Notes under the pieces: model-generated | The model's database searches: none | What the model saw: only the letters and a program-made list of their open reading frames with translations | What the model was told of the DNA's origin: nothing | NCBI GenBank assembly: GCA_030266465.1 | Contig: JAJDIA010000001.1 | Location: forward strand, 1-59,946 | DNA: 59,946 bases | Direction: 5' to 3' | Source of the DNA: Parabacteroides sp. OttesenSCG-928-G21 | GTDB lineage: Bacteria; Bacteroidota; Bacteroidia; Bacteroidales; Tannerellaceae | Position numbers and translations under genes: made by a program | Part shown: positions 37,521 to 47,427 of the stretch, piece after piece | Position numbering within the stretch: the stretch's first letter is position 1 | Layout: the number at the start of each line of letters is the position of its first letter

Positions 37521-38471
37521 ATGGAAAAAGCATTAACAAAAACAGATTATAACTTTCCCGGACAAGTAAGTGTCTATCATGGAAAAGTTCGTGATGTATA
37601 TAATATCAACAATGAGCAACTGGTGATGGTGGCAACCGATCGTATCTCCGCTTTTGATGTCGTATTGCCGAAAGGGATTCCGTATAAAGGACAAATGCTT
37701 AATCAGATAGCTGCTAAATTCCTGGATGCTACGACAGATATTTGTCCGAACTGGAAACTGGCGACACCCGATCCGATGGTAACTGCCGGTGTGCAATGTG
37801 AAGGTTATCCGGTGGAAATGATCGTTCGCGGTTACTTGTGTGGTAGTGCCTGGCGGGCGTATAAAAATGGAGTCCGGGAGATTTGTGGTGTAAAGATACC
37901 GGATGGGATGCGTGAAAACGAACGTTTTAAGGAACCGATCATCACGCCAACAACAAAAGCTGAGATTGGCGAGCACGATCAGGATATTTCCCGTGAAGAT
38001 ATCTTGGCGAAAGGGTTGGTTTCTGAAGAAGAATATGCGCTTCTGGAAAAATATACTATAGCTTTGTTTAAACGTGGAACGGAGATTGCTGCTGAAAGAG
38101 GCTTGATCTTGGTGGATACTAAATATGAATTTGGGCATCGTGATGGGAAGATTTACCTAATCGATGAGATACATACACCGGATTCTTCCCGCTATTTCTA
38201 TAAAGAAGGCTATGAGGAACGTTTTGCCAAGAGTGAACCGCAAAAGCAATTGTCCAAGGAATTTGTTCGTGAATGGCTGATGGATAATGGTTTTCAAGGA
38301 CAAGCAGGACAGGTTGTTCCTGAAATGACGAATGAGATAGTGGACAGTATCAGTAACCGGTATATCGAACTTTACGAACATATTACAGGTGAAACGTTTG
38401 TAAAGGGCGCGACAGATCATTTATTGTCTCGTATTGAGACGAATGTGTTGAGTTATCTGAAAGCGAAGTAA
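37521..38471 (+). CDS. purC: phosphoribosylaminoimidazole-succinocarboxamide (SAICAR) synthase
   Basis: YHGKVRDVY...ATDRISAFD...LVDTKYEFG. The start is set at the ATG at 37521 ([10 protein letters not shown]), just after the phoH stop. Confidence 0.9.
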   Translation: MEKALTKTDYNFPGQVSVYHGKVRDVYNINNEQLVMVATDRISAFDVVLPKGIPYKGQMLNQIAAKFLDATTDICPNWKLATPDPMVTAGVQCEGYPVEMIVRGYLCGSAWRAYKNGVREICGVKIPDGMRENERFKEPIITPTTKAEIGEHDQDISREDILAKGLVSEEEYALLEKYTIALFKRGTEIAAERGLILVDTKYEFGHRDGKIYLIDEIHTPDSSRYFYKEGYEERFAKSEPQKQLSKEFVREWLMDNGFQGQAGQVVPEMTNEIVDSISNRYIELYEHITGETFVKGATDHLLSRIETNVLSYLKAK

Positions 38472-38474
38472 GTG

Positions 38475-39218
38475 ATGGTGCAGTATGGTTCAGAAAAGGT
38501 TCTTCCTTATAATGAAGAGGAGGTAAAAGGAAAGCAAGTTCGCAGAATGTTTGATGCGATTGCCGGTAAATATGATTTTTTGAACCATACGCTTTCATTA
38601 GGATTCGATAAAGGTTGGCGCCGGAAAGGTATTCGTTTTCTGAAACCTTTTCATCCTGAAGTGATTTTGGATTTAGCTACCGGGACAGGCGATCTGGCAA
38701 TACAAATGTATCGTTCCCTGGCTCCGAAATCAGTGGTTGGTGCTGATATTTCCGAGGGTATGATGGCTGTTGGGAGAGATAAGGTCAGACAGGAGGGTCT
38801 GTCAGATGTTATTTCATTTGACTATCAGGATGCGATGGAATTGACTTATCCGGACTGTTCGTTTGATGCCGTTACTGCCGCTTTCGGTATTCGGAATTAT
38901 GAGGATATAGAGCAGGGTTTGTCGGAAATGTATCGGGTATTGAAACCCGGCGGATGCTTGATGGTATTGGAGTTGTCTACTCCGGAGTATTTCCCGATGC
39001 GACAGTTGTATCAACTTTATTCGACAATTGTGATACCTACTGTCGGGAGATTGTTTTCAAAAGAGAGAAATGCGTATAATTATTTGCCTGCATCTATCCG
39101 GCAGTTTCCGCAGGGAGAGGTGATGAAGGCATTACTTACAAAAATCGGTTTTGTAAATGCAGATGTGAAAACGTTTACGTTTGGTATCTGTTCAATGTAC
39201 ACAGGGATAAAAGAATAA
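38475..39218 (+). CDS. menG: demethylmenaquinone/ubiquinone C-methyltransferase
   Basis: FDAIAGKYDFLNH is the UbiE/MenG signature. The SAM-binding motif is ILDLATGTGDLA. Confidence 0.88.
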   Translation: MVQYGSEKVLPYNEEEVKGKQVRRMFDAIAGKYDFLNHTLSLGFDKGWRRKGIRFLKPFHPEVILDLATGTGDLAIQMYRSLAPKSVVGADISEGMMAVGRDKVRQEGLSDVISFDYQDAMELTYPDCSFDAVTAAFGIRNYEDIEQGLSEMYRVLKPGGCLMVLELSTPEYFPMRQLYQLYSTIVIPTVGRLFSKERNAYNYLPASIRQFPQGEVMKALLTKIGFVNADVKTFTFGICSMYTGIKE

Positions 39219-39228
39219 CTACTACTTT

Positions 39229-39972
39229 ATGGATAAATATGGACTTATTGGCTATCCGTTAGGCCATTCATTTTCAAAAACCTATTTTAATGATAAGTTT
39301 GCTGCCGAGAATATTGCTGCGGAGTATGTGAATTTCGAAATAGCAACGATCAAGGATTTAAAACATGTGCTTCGTGAGAATCCTAATTTAAAGGGACTAA
39401 ATGTTACACGTCCGTATAAAACTCAGGTTATTTCTTTTTTGGATGATATCGATGAGGATGCCAAGATTATCGGAGCTGTCAATGTGATTAAGATCACTAA
39501 AGGCCGTTTTGGAAAAATAAAGCTAAAAGGATATAACTCTGATGTTGTAGGTTTTAGAAACTCTATAGATCCATTATTGATTGATCATCATCGGAAGGCT
39601 CTTATTTTAGGGACAGGAGGTGCAGCTAAAGCAGTGGCGCAGGGATTGAAACAGTTGGGGATCGGTTTTACTTATGTTTCGCGTAAACCGTTTGAAAGCG
39701 CGCTTACTTATGAAGAACTCTCTCCGAAAATAATGGAACAATATACGATCATAGTGAATGCTACTCCTGTAGGTATGTTCCCGAATGTCAATGAATGCCC
39801 GCCTATTCCTTATGACTTGGTGACAGCTAAACATTTATTATACGATCTTATTTATAATCCGGATGAAACTCTGTTTATGAAAAAGGGAAAGGAACAGGGG
39901 GCTTTGGTCAAGAACGGATTAGAGATGTTGTTGTTGCAGGCATTTGCCGGTTGGGAAATATGGAATAGCTAA
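39229..39972 (+). CDS. aroE: shikimate dehydrogenase
   Basis: YGLIGYPLGHSFSKTYFN, NVTRPYK and LGTGGAAKAV. Confidence 0.88.
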   Translation: MDKYGLIGYPLGHSFSKTYFNDKFAAENIAAEYVNFEIATIKDLKHVLRENPNLKGLNVTRPYKTQVISFLDDIDEDAKIIGAVNVIKITKGRFGKIKLKGYNSDVVGFRNSIDPLLIDHHRKALILGTGGAAKAVAQGLKQLGIGFTYVSRKPFESALTYEELSPKIMEQYTIIVNATPVGMFPNVNECPPIPYDLVTAKHLLYDLIYNPDETLFMKKGKEQGALVKNGLEMLLLQAFAGWEIWNS

Positions 39973-39974
39973 TA

Positions 39975-40619
39975 TCAATCGTCACTTTCTAGACTCCATA
40001 CCCATACATAATCGGGCATAACTTCGAAGGCTAGTTGAAAAGACTGTTTTTCGGCTGTTTTGGTTTCATTGGCGATAAGTATACCTGACTCCTTAAAAGA
40101 GAAAGGAGTTATATGTAAATCTTGTTTAAAGTCAACACCTTCTTGTCCAAGCATTTTGAACAAAACTTCTTTGGCGCTCCAATAGATCAGGGAATGATCC
40201 GCTTCGTGTTCTGCGTCAATGCTTTTATATTCTTTTTCACATAGAAATTTTTTCTGAATTTTGAGGATGCGGTTATTCCGTGTCTCAATGTCAATTCCAA
40301 CAAAAGGAGAGTTCAGGAGTAAAACAGCCACGTATCCGGTCGTATGTGAGATACTGATATGAAAAGGTGAATCTTTTAGTTCAGGCCTTCCATTTTCAGC
40401 ATATTCAATTATTATTTCTTCTCCTAAAAGTTCTCTGGATAATAACCGGGTAGCAAGCCATTCCTTTTGCCGTTTTTCGGTTTTAAGCATAGGCGGCACT
40501 GTTTTATACAAGGAGTTCTCACCCAAAAGTGTTTTTAATTCGTCGACACTTTCTTCTATTTTCCAAATACCGGTTAACGGCTGTTTATGTTTTAAAAGCA
40601 ACGGCATTAGTTTTTCCAA
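39975..40619 (-). CDS. 4'-phosphopantetheinyl transferase (Sfp type)
   Basis: ISISHTTGYVAV, GIDIE and WSAKEVLFK motifs. Confidence 0.8.
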   Translation of the reverse strand: MEKLMPLLLKHKQPLTGIWKIEESVDELKTLLGENSLYKTVPPMLKTEKRQKEWLATRLLSRELLGEEIIIEYAENGRPELKDSPFHISISHTTGYVAVLLLNSPFVGIDIETRNNRILKIQKKFLCEKEYKSIDAEHEADHSLIYWSAKEVLFKMLGQEGVDFKQDLHITPFSFKESGILIANETKTAEKQSFQLAFEVMPDYVWVWSLESDD

Positions 40620-41173
40620 TAAAATGTCTCTATCAAATGAATGATATCATATGTGACATAATTAATTACAGGCATCAGGGAGTCTGTATTCAATTTAGTT
40701 TCAAAATAGAGTGCACCTCTGAAAAAGTGCGTAGTACTGTCGGTAATAAAAAACTGTACCGGCGAAGCGGCATTTCCTTCAATTTCGAAAAGAGTGGCAT
40801 ATACTTTGTTTTCCGCATCCACGTACTCGTTCTCAATAATATCAGATTCTCTTGCCTGACGTAATACTAACGAGCGGTTTTCGGATTCGACCTCTTTATA
40901 GGAAGAAGGAGTGATCGGTAGATAGCTACAATATATTTTTGCCTGTAATTGCGGATAGAATAGGTTTATCCATCCTTCAGGTTCAGTGACAGGAGGAAGT
41001 TCAACTGTTATTCCATTCGACAGTTCAAAGGCATAAGGAAGTTTATTGTCAGGAAGCAAAGTGTACTGCGGCTCCGGCAGTTCTATCCGAAAATAACCCC
41101 GTGGTTTAGGTGTATAGTCTATACAGGAAGATAAACTAATCAGTAAAAGGAATATATACTCAATCCTTTTCAT
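40607..41173 (-). CDS. gldD: GldD-like gliding-motility-associated lipoprotein
   Basis: Lipobox LSSCID followed by PKPRGYFRIELP. It lies immediately downstream of, and overlapping, a gldE-like gene, as in Flavobacterium. Confidence 0.65.
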   Translation of the reverse strand: MKRIEYIFLLLISLSSCIDYTPKPRGYFRIELPEPQYTLLPDNKLPYAFELSNGITVELPPVTEPEGWINLFYPQLQAKIYCSYLPITPSSYKEVESENRSLVLRQARESDIIENEYVDAENKVYATLFEIEGNAASPVQFFITDSTTHFFRGALYFETKLNTDSLMPVINYVTYDIIHLIETFYWKN

Positions 41174-42512
41174 GCTCTTTTTCTCTGTTTTTTTCTTCCA
41201 GATCAGTCAGACAGTTGAATTTTACTTTTAATATCCGGCGATGATCAATTTCCAAAACTTGAAACCGATAATTCCCATAAGTTATTATTTCTTGTCGTTT
41301 CGGAAAATCACCTTTTATTTCTAATAATAAACCGGCTAATGTTTCTACTTCATCCGTTAGTTTACCAAAATCAGCAGAAGGCACATCTATTATCCGGAAA
41401 AAATCGGTCAGCAATATCTTGGCTTCAAAAATTAAACTACCATCCGGCAAGACGATATATTGCTTTAGCTCTTCGTCATATTCATCAGATATTTCTCCTA
41501 CAATTTCCTCTAAAATATCTTCCATAGTAACGATCCCTGAAGTACCTCCAAACTCATCCACAACAATGGCCATGTGTATTTTATTCGTTCGGAATTCTTC
41601 CAGCAAATCATCAATTTTTTTTGTTTCAGGAACGAAATATGCGGGTCTTATCAAGCTTTGCCAACGGAATGTTTCCGGTTTATCTATATAAGGCAAAAGG
41701 TCTTTAATATAGAGTATCCCTTTAATATTATCTTCTGATTCCGAGTAAACAGGAATACGGGAATAGCCTGATTGAACAACAAAATCGATTACTTCCCGGA
41801 AATTCATTTTAATATCAATGTCTTCCACATCTAATCGGGAGGTCATAATTTCATCGGCTGTTTTATCATAGAATTTGATAATTTCTTCCAGCATCTCTTT
41901 TTCTTCCGGAATTTCAGAAGATGTGAGTTCCAATGCCTTGGATAGTTCGTCGACAGAAAGATCATATCTCTTTTTGCCTATAGTATTATTTACTACGAAG
42001 GAGGAAGATACCAGTAGACGAGCAAGAGGATGAGAGATCTTTTCTATGCTTTTAATGAAAGGAGCGGAGAAACGAACGAATTTCAACGGATTTTTCTGTG
42101 CATAAATCTTAGGCATAATCTCTCCAAACAGTAATAACAGGAAAGTTAATGCGATAATTTCTAAAATAAAACCGAATATCGGCGTGGAAGAAAAATCAAT
42201 CGTAATATTTATAGCGTAACTAAATAGTATAACTACTGAGATATTGGCAAAAATATTGGTGATTTGAATAGATGCCAACAAATATTCGGACTGTTCCAAT
42301 TGCTGCCGAATAATATTATCCATACGTTTTTTCCCTTCTTTGAGAATATGAAGGTCGTTGGGAGAAAGTGAAAAAAAAGCAATTTCGGAACCGGACACAA
42401 GAGCCGAAAGGCATAAAAATAACGTTGCGACACCCAAGGCAATTGCCGCACCGACAGTCAAACCATTTACAGATATTTGTTCAAATAAACTCGAAAAATA
42501 ATCAGAGTCCAA
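41160..42512 (-). CDS. gldE: GldE-like / hemolysin-family protein (DUF21 membrane domain, CBS pair, CorC_HlyC)
   Basis: 450 aa with N-terminal TM helices and CBS-pair sequence (IMTSRLDVEDID...IPVY). The C-terminal transporter-associated domain and synteny with ssb and gldD support the call. Confidence 0.75.
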   Translation of the reverse strand: MDSDYFSSLFEQISVNGLTVGAAIALGVATLFLCLSALVSGSEIAFFSLSPNDLHILKEGKKRMDNIIRQQLEQSEYLLASIQITNIFANISVVILFSYAINITIDFSSTPIFGFILEIIALTFLLLLFGEIMPKIYAQKNPLKFVRFSAPFIKSIEKISHPLARLLVSSSFVVNNTIGKKRYDLSVDELSKALELTSSEIPEEKEMLEEIIKFYDKTADEIMTSRLDVEDIDIKMNFREVIDFVVQSGYSRIPVYSESEDNIKGILYIKDLLPYIDKPETFRWQSLIRPAYFVPETKKIDDLLEEFRTNKIHMAIVVDEFGGTSGIVTMEDILEEIVGEISDEYDEELKQYIVLPDGSLIFEAKILLTDFFRIIDVPSADFGKLTDEVETLAGLLLEIKGDFPKRQEIITYGNYRFQVLEIDHRRILKVKFNCLTDLEEKNREKEHEKD

Positions 42513-42535
42513 AGATGTATAATTTAATTAAACAA

Positions 42536-43006
42536 TCAGAAAGGGAGATCATCCACTTCGTTGGAATCAGCAACTTGCGGCGATTGAGAAGCCACTGGCT
42601 GCTGGTATGTAGGAGCTTGCGCAGGTTGAGAGGCCGACTGAGTGGATTGACCGGTTGTGGCTCCTTCCGGCCTTCCGGTACTGTAAAACTCTACTCTGTC
42701 AGCATAAATTTCAGTCATATATCTTTTTACACCATTTTGATCATCATAATTGCGCGTACGGATTTTTCCTTCCACATAGACACTAGAACCTTTTCGTACC
42801 CATTTTTCAATGAAAGCAACCAGTTCACGACGTGCTACGATATTGTGCCATTCCGTACGTTCAGGCACTACTGTTCCATTAGCTAAGGTATAACCTCTTT
42901 CAGAAGTTGCCAAAGGGAAATTAGCGACAGCCCTGTTTTCATCAAAATAGCGAACTTCAGGATCCTTGCCTACATTTCCAATTAAAATTACTTTATTCAG
43001 TGACAT
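42536..43006 (-). CDS. ssb: single-stranded DNA-binding protein
   Basis: MSLNKVILIGNVGKDPEVRY, a Gln/Pro-rich tail and the C-terminal DDLPF. Confidence 0.93.
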   Translation of the reverse strand: MSLNKVILIGNVGKDPEVRYFDENRAVANFPLATSERGYTLANGTVVPERTEWHNIVARRELVAFIEKWVRKGSSVYVEGKIRTRNYDDQNGVKRYMTEIYADRVEFYSTGRPEGATTGQSTQSASQPAQAPTYQQPVASQSPQVADSNEVDDLPF

Positions 43007-43086
43007 ATTTTGGTATTGTTTTAATTTTCACAAAGAAACATAAATTCAATCATTCAAACAAGAGTCTGCAACAGGAAATAACAGAT

Positions 43087-43581
43087 TTAATTTCCACAAT
43101 ATTGCTGTATTAGCCTGTCAACAACCGTATCTCCAAGTTCTTTTGCTTTATGGAAAGACTGACAGGCTGCCGCTGTGTTACCTTTTCGTACCTGACAGAC
43201 TCCTAATAATCGGTGACTGTCAGCAAGTTCGGGACTTTGTTCTATGGCTTTCTGCAGACTGTTAATGGCGCTATCATAATCTTCCAACCGGATGTAGATA
43301 GCTGCTTCTTCTGCCATATAAATCGGATTACTCGGTGCCAGTCTTAAAGCCTGTTTGATGTCATCAAGAGCACTAACGTAATCTCCTTTTCGAAATTTAG
43401 CTTGTTCACGATAGTAAAAGAAAAGGTCGTTAACCTGTGCATTCAGTAAGGTATAATATCTGTCGAAATCGGCAATCGCGTCATCGTACAGCATAATTTG
43501 CAATTTGCAGTTCCCACGCTCCCATAATGCAACAACTGTTTCGTTCGTCGGGCTGTCAATACTCAGGTTGACAAAAAACAC
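43087..43581 (-). CDS. TPR-repeat protein, possibly 5'-truncated
   Basis: TPR-like repeats (AIADFDRYY..., ALDDIKQALRLAPSNP, AINSLQKAIEQSPE). There is no signal peptide. The only start is a GTG at 43581, directly against the truncated proC fragment. Confidence 0.6.
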   Translation of the reverse strand: MFFVNLSIDSPTNETVVALWERGNCKLQIMLYDDAIADFDRYYTLLNAQVNDLFFYYREQAKFRKGDYVSALDDIKQALRLAPSNPIYMAEEAAIYIRLEDYDSAINSLQKAIEQSPELADSHRLLGVCQVRKGNTAAACQSFHKAKELGDTVVDRLIQQYCGN

Positions 43582-43582
43582 C

Positions 43583-44047
43583 GCTTACGAAAATATTCCT
43601 GTCCCTACCATATTCCGGGTAATCCCCAATACAGCTATTGAAGTCAGGAGCAGTATGACCTTTGTTTCCGCATTCAATGCTTCCAAAGAACAAACAGAAT
43701 TGATCCTTCGTATTTTCAATGAATTAGGAAATGCGATGTTAATAGAAGAACGACTAATGGCAGCAGGGACAGCACTAGCATCTAGCGGAATAGCTTTTGC
43801 GCTTCGCTACATCCGCGCAGCTATTGAAGGAGGAGTAGAACTTGGTTTCTATCCGGAAGAGGCTCAGGAAATTGTTGTTCATACCGTTAAAGGATCCGTT
43901 GATCTTCTTTTGGAAAAGAAAAGTAATCCGGAGGCTGAAATTGATAAAGTAACCACTCCCGGAGGTATTACCATTAAAGGATTGAATGAAATGGAACTTT
44001 CGGGTTTTACATCGTCTGTTATTCGGGGATTGAAAGCAAGCAAATGA
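43583..44047 (+). pseudogene. proC: pyrroline-5-carboxylate reductase, C-terminal ~150 codons without N-terminal Rossmann domain or credible start
   Basis: ...PTIFRVIPNTAIEVRSSMTFVSAF...ALRYIRAAIEGGVELGF...IDKVTTPGGITIKGLNEMELSGF matches the central and C-terminal ProC blocks. The upstream in-frame sequence overlaps the TPR ORF on the other strand. Confidence 0.75.
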
Positions 44048-44115
44048 CCTTATTTTAATTAATCCCAAAACTATCTTCGCCTCAAAATAGTTATAAAATA
44101 AAAGTCAGAATAAAA

Positions 44116-44547
44116 ATGAAAAAGATTTTACAGGAATTTAAAGACTTTGCCATGCGTGGCAATGTAATCGACATGGCTGTCGGTATCATTATCGGTGGAG
44201 CTTTTGGAAAAATCGTTTCCTCTTTGGTCAACGATGTAATCATGCCGGGTATCGGTCTTTTAATTGGTGGCGTTAACTTTACGGATTTGAAAGTTACATT
44301 AAAACATGCAGTTATAGAAGGAGGAGCAGAAATCGCTCCAGCTGTCACCATCAATTATGGAAGTTTTTTACAACAAACATTTGATTTTCTTATCATTGCT
44401 TTTGTTATCTTTATGATGATCAAGGCGCTTAATGCATTGCAGAAAAAGAAAACTGAAGAACCTGCTGCTCCGGCGGAACCACCGGCACCACCTGCAGATG
44501 TTCAGTTACTCTCCGAAATACGGGACTTACTGAAAGAGAAAAAATAA
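44116..44547 (+). CDS. mscL: large-conductance mechanosensitive channel
   Basis: [38 protein letters not shown] is the canonical MscL N-terminus. Confidence 0.93.
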   Translation: MKKILQEFKDFAMRGNVIDMAVGIIIGGAFGKIVSSLVNDVIMPGIGLLIGGVNFTDLKVTLKHAVIEGGAEIAPAVTINYGSFLQQTFDFLIIAFVIFMMIKALNALQKKKTEEPAAPAEPPAPPADVQLLSEIRDLLKEKK

Positions 44548-44647
44548 ACAATTATTCAGAAATTAAACAGGACGACAGGATTGAATTAATCATGAATTAA
44601 ATCACCTGCTCTGCCTGTATCTTTTCGTAACTACCAATATATTTCCG

Positions 44648-44655
44648 TACATTTG
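44648..44655 (+). promoter_or_regulatory. Bacteroidetes-type -7 box (TACATTTG) upstream of 44676
   Basis: tacatttg at 44648-44655 lies 21 nt before the ATG. Confidence 0.4.
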
Positions 44656-44675
44656 TCCGCATAATCTGTGAGGAT

Positions 44676-46160
44676 ATGAGAACAAAAGCATGGTTGATAT
44701 TGGTAGTTTTCTTTTCCGGTATTCCTTTCTTACAAGGAAAAGCTCAGGAAGAAATAACAAATACACTCACTTATCATGCGGAGACTTTTGGTTCGGTTGC
44801 CACTGGAAACACCACGCCCTTCTGGATGGCAAGCAACAACTATGGCGTCACCCCTATTGATGCCGGAAGCGGACTCCTTCGTGGAGGTATCACTATCAAC
44901 AAATCTCTTTATAGACATTTTTTCTGGAGAGCCGGAGCAGAAGCTATCATTGCTGCACCACGAGAAAAAAATATCTTCATCCAGCAATTATATGCAGAAA
45001 TTGGTTTCCAATCTTTTTTATTAAGTATCGGAAGTAAAGAACGCTACCGCTCTTTATATAACCGTAATCTTAGCTCCGGCGATATGATCCTATCCACGAA
45101 TGCGCGACCTATACCTGAAGTCAGCGTGGGCTTACCACAGTTTACAGTTGTTCCACTCACTAAAGGTTGGCTACAGGTCAAAGGAGAAATTACCGTCGGA
45201 AAAGCATTTGAATCAGACTATCTGAAAAGTTTTGCAAAACCTGACATACGCTATGTAAAAGATATTCTATGGCACTATAAATCCGCTTTTGTCCGTATAG
45301 GAGACACACGTAACGAAGCTCCTTTTTCTGTTGCATTCGGCATACAACATATAGCACAATGGGGAGGAGAGTCTACTGATCCAAACTGGGGTGTACAACC
45401 ACATTCACTGAAAGACTTCGTCCGTGTTTTCTTTGGTAGAAGCGGCGGAGAGGATGCTAGTGAAGGGGATCAGATTAATATATTAGGCAGCCACCATTTA
45501 TCCTATGAAATGAAATTAGGTTATACCAAAAAGACATGGGCCGTACATGCGTATTATCAACATATTTCCGCCGATAAATCGGGGCTTCTATTTTATAACG
45601 GTACAGATGGTTTATGGGGAGTTGAAGTGGATTTGAAACGTTTCAGTCCTATCAGAAAAATCGTAGCGGAGTTTATCACCACCCGTAACCAAAGTGGTTC
45701 ATTCCATTATATCAATTTTGATCATGCCGCACATCCCGGACGCGGAGGAGGGGATGATGATTATTATAATAACTGGGAATATGCTACCGGAAGTACCTAT
45801 TTCAATCGCTCTGTCGGATCCCCCTTGTTGATTTCACCTGAATACAATACGGATAATGAATTAGGATTTAAAAGCACCAGAGTTCGGGACTATCACTTAG
45901 GTTTAGAAGGGGACTTATCTCCTCAACTCTCCTATCGTTTTTTAATGACGGTAATGAATGGATGGGGAACATCGTATGCGCCTTTCCTGAAAAAGAAAAC
46001 AGGAACATCTTTGCTATTCGACCTCGCCTATACACATCCCAAACTATCCGATTGGCAGTTTATGGGATCAATCGGTGCCGATACCGGAAATATTACCGGA
46101 AAAAGCACGTATGGATTCCGTTTAGGTATCCGTAAACAAGGCATACTAAAATCCTGGTAA
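44676..46160 (+). CDS. outer-membrane beta-barrel protein, capsule-assembly Wzi-like
   Basis: Signal peptide, a TPFWMASNNYGV motif that I associate with the Wzi family, and alternating beta-strand character with an aromatic C-terminus. Confidence 0.5.
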   Translation: MRTKAWLILVVFFSGIPFLQGKAQEEITNTLTYHAETFGSVATGNTTPFWMASNNYGVTPIDAGSGLLRGGITINKSLYRHFFWRAGAEAIIAAPREKNIFIQQLYAEIGFQSFLLSIGSKERYRSLYNRNLSSGDMILSTNARPIPEVSVGLPQFTVVPLTKGWLQVKGEITVGKAFESDYLKSFAKPDIRYVKDILWHYKSAFVRIGDTRNEAPFSVAFGIQHIAQWGGESTDPNWGVQPHSLKDFVRVFFGRSGGEDASEGDQINILGSHHLSYEMKLGYTKKTWAVHAYYQHISADKSGLLFYNGTDGLWGVEVDLKRFSPIRKIVAEFITTRNQSGSFHYINFDHAAHPGRGGGDDDYYNNWEYATGSTYFNRSVGSPLLISPEYNTDNELGFKSTRVRDYHLGLEGDLSPQLSYRFLMTVMNGWGTSYAPFLKKKTGTSLLFDLAYTHPKLSDWQFMGSIGADTGNITGKSTYGFRLGIRKQGILKSW

Positions 46161-46164
46161 CAGC

Positions 46165-46902
46165 CTATTTAAACTCTTCCCACAAAGCTGACCGGATAAT
46201 TTCCTGCGTATGGTCCGCTACCTGTTGAAGTCCTTTATGAGAAACATCTGTTCCTTCTAAGGAGATAGGAGGATGAATAATCATTTCCATCCGATGCCGA
46301 CGCAAATTAAGAGTACCGATAGGTAGTACATAAAAAGGTCCGTTCAGTGTAATAGGGACAATTGGTAAATGCTGATCAACAGCCATCTGATAAGCACCCC
46401 GTTTAAACCGGATCATCTTACCATCATACGTCCGTGAACCCTCCGGAAAAACCACAATAGAAGCGCCTTTACGAAGCGCCTTCTCTGCCTCTTTCACACT
46501 ATTTGCCGCCGCCTTTGCACTGGAATTATCGACAAAAATAAAACCTGCCGCGCGACAGGCAGCACCCACAAAAGGTATCTTTCCAATCCCCGCTTTCATG
46601 ACCCATTTCACAGGCACCCGCAGAAAACCATAGATCATAAAAATATCAAAAGCACCCTGGTGGTTAGCCACAAACACATACGATTTTGTTCGGTCTATGT
46701 GCTCTCTTCCTTTTATCTTAATAGGACATAGCGCCAGCCAACAAGTAATCCTTGACCACAGCATTCCTGGATAGTAGGCAAATATCTTCTCGCCACCTAA
46801 TAAACAGCCTATAATGGTAGTCAATGCCGTTATTAGTGTAAGAACTAAAAAAACGGGCACAAATAACAACCAGGTATACAGAATGTAAAGTAACCGTTTC
46901 AT
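46165..46902 (-). CDS. plsC: 1-acyl-sn-glycerol-3-phosphate acyltransferase
   Basis: The NHQGAFD (HX4D) and FPEGSRT motifs, plus an N-terminal TM helix. Confidence 0.85.
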   Translation of the reverse strand: MKRLLYILYTWLLFVPVFLVLTLITALTTIIGCLLGGEKIFAYYPGMLWSRITCWLALCPIKIKGREHIDRTKSYVFVANHQGAFDIFMIYGFLRVPVKWVMKAGIGKIPFVGAACRAAGFIFVDNSSAKAAANSVKEAEKALRKGASIVVFPEGSRTYDGKMIRFKRGAYQMAVDQHLPIVPITLNGPFYVLPIGTLNLRRHRMEMIIHPPISLEGTDVSHKGLQQVADHTQEIIRSALWEEFK

Positions 46903-47041
46903 AGAAAAATCTTAATATATCACAAATATAACGGGTAAATCTGAGGCTTTCAATATTTTTATCTCAAAATATTTTCGGATTTGGGTTATTATCACTTTAT
47001 TTGCGGTAGAAAAAATTTGTAACAAAATAATATCTAAAACC

Positions 47042-47212
47042 ATGAATGTATTATTAAAAAATCTGGGAGTAATTATTCTCCTCATTGGTGTAGCTATATT
47101 GGCGGTTCCTGCTTTAACCGGCAGCATGTCAAATTCTGTATTAGCTGTTGGTCTTGTTGTTGTTCTAGTAGGCTACTTCAGTCATATTTTCCTCAACAAG
47201 AAATTTGATTAA
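47042..47212 (+). CDS. 56-aa two-TM small membrane protein (below the ORF-track size cutoff)
   Basis: ATG at 47042 gives MNVLLKNLGVIILLIGVAILAVPALTGSMSNSVLAVGLVVVLVGYFSHIFLNKKFD, with the stop at 47210-47212. A strong terminator follows 27 nt downstream. Confidence 0.6.
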   Translation: MNVLLKNLGVIILLIGVAILAVPALTGSMSNSVLAVGLVVVLVGYFSHIFLNKKFD

Positions 47213-47238
47213 TTCGACCAATTTTATCTACATAAAAA

Positions 47239-47273
47239 AGCCCGGTAGAAGATTTTTCTACCGGGCTTTTTTA
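47239..47273 (+). terminator. intrinsic terminator
   Basis: AGCCCGGTAGAA (47239-47250) pairs with TTCTACCGGGCT (47256-47267), followed by a T-run. Confidence 0.85.
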
Positions 47274-47374
47274 TTATTCATCTCGTATCACGCTGAAAAA
47301 CAGGAATCAGCCCGAATCCCTGTGTAGGCATTTCGTCTTTTCTAAAACGAAGTTTTTCTGTACCCATCATGTTG

Positions 47375-47405
47375 TTTTAGCCTATTCATCATAGGCTAAA
47401 ATTTG
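47375..47405 (+). terminator. second terminator-like hairpin, 10-bp perfect stem
   Basis: TTTTAGCCTA (47375-47384) pairs with TAGGCTAAAA (47392-47401), followed by TTTGATT. Confidence 0.45.
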
Positions 47406-47427
47406 ATTCATCATATCCAAAAATCAG

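Noticed and set aside
40607-42512. gldD/gldE as evidence for a gliding-motility or T9SS island
   Set aside because: Only these two genes are present here, in their usual ssb-linked housekeeping context. No other gld/spr/por genes occur in the window, so no system-level claim is justified.
43505-43582. First 26 codons of track ORF 43505..44047 as a genuine ProC N-terminus
   Set aside because: The stretch lacks the Rossmann GxGxxG domain and overlaps the TPR ORF on the opposite strand. The apparent start codon is fortuitous, and the ProC-like sequence is a 5'-truncated fragment.
46912-47127. 71-aa minus-strand track ORF
   Set aside because: It has no recognisable features. The opposite strand encodes a plausible two-TM small protein followed by a strong terminator.
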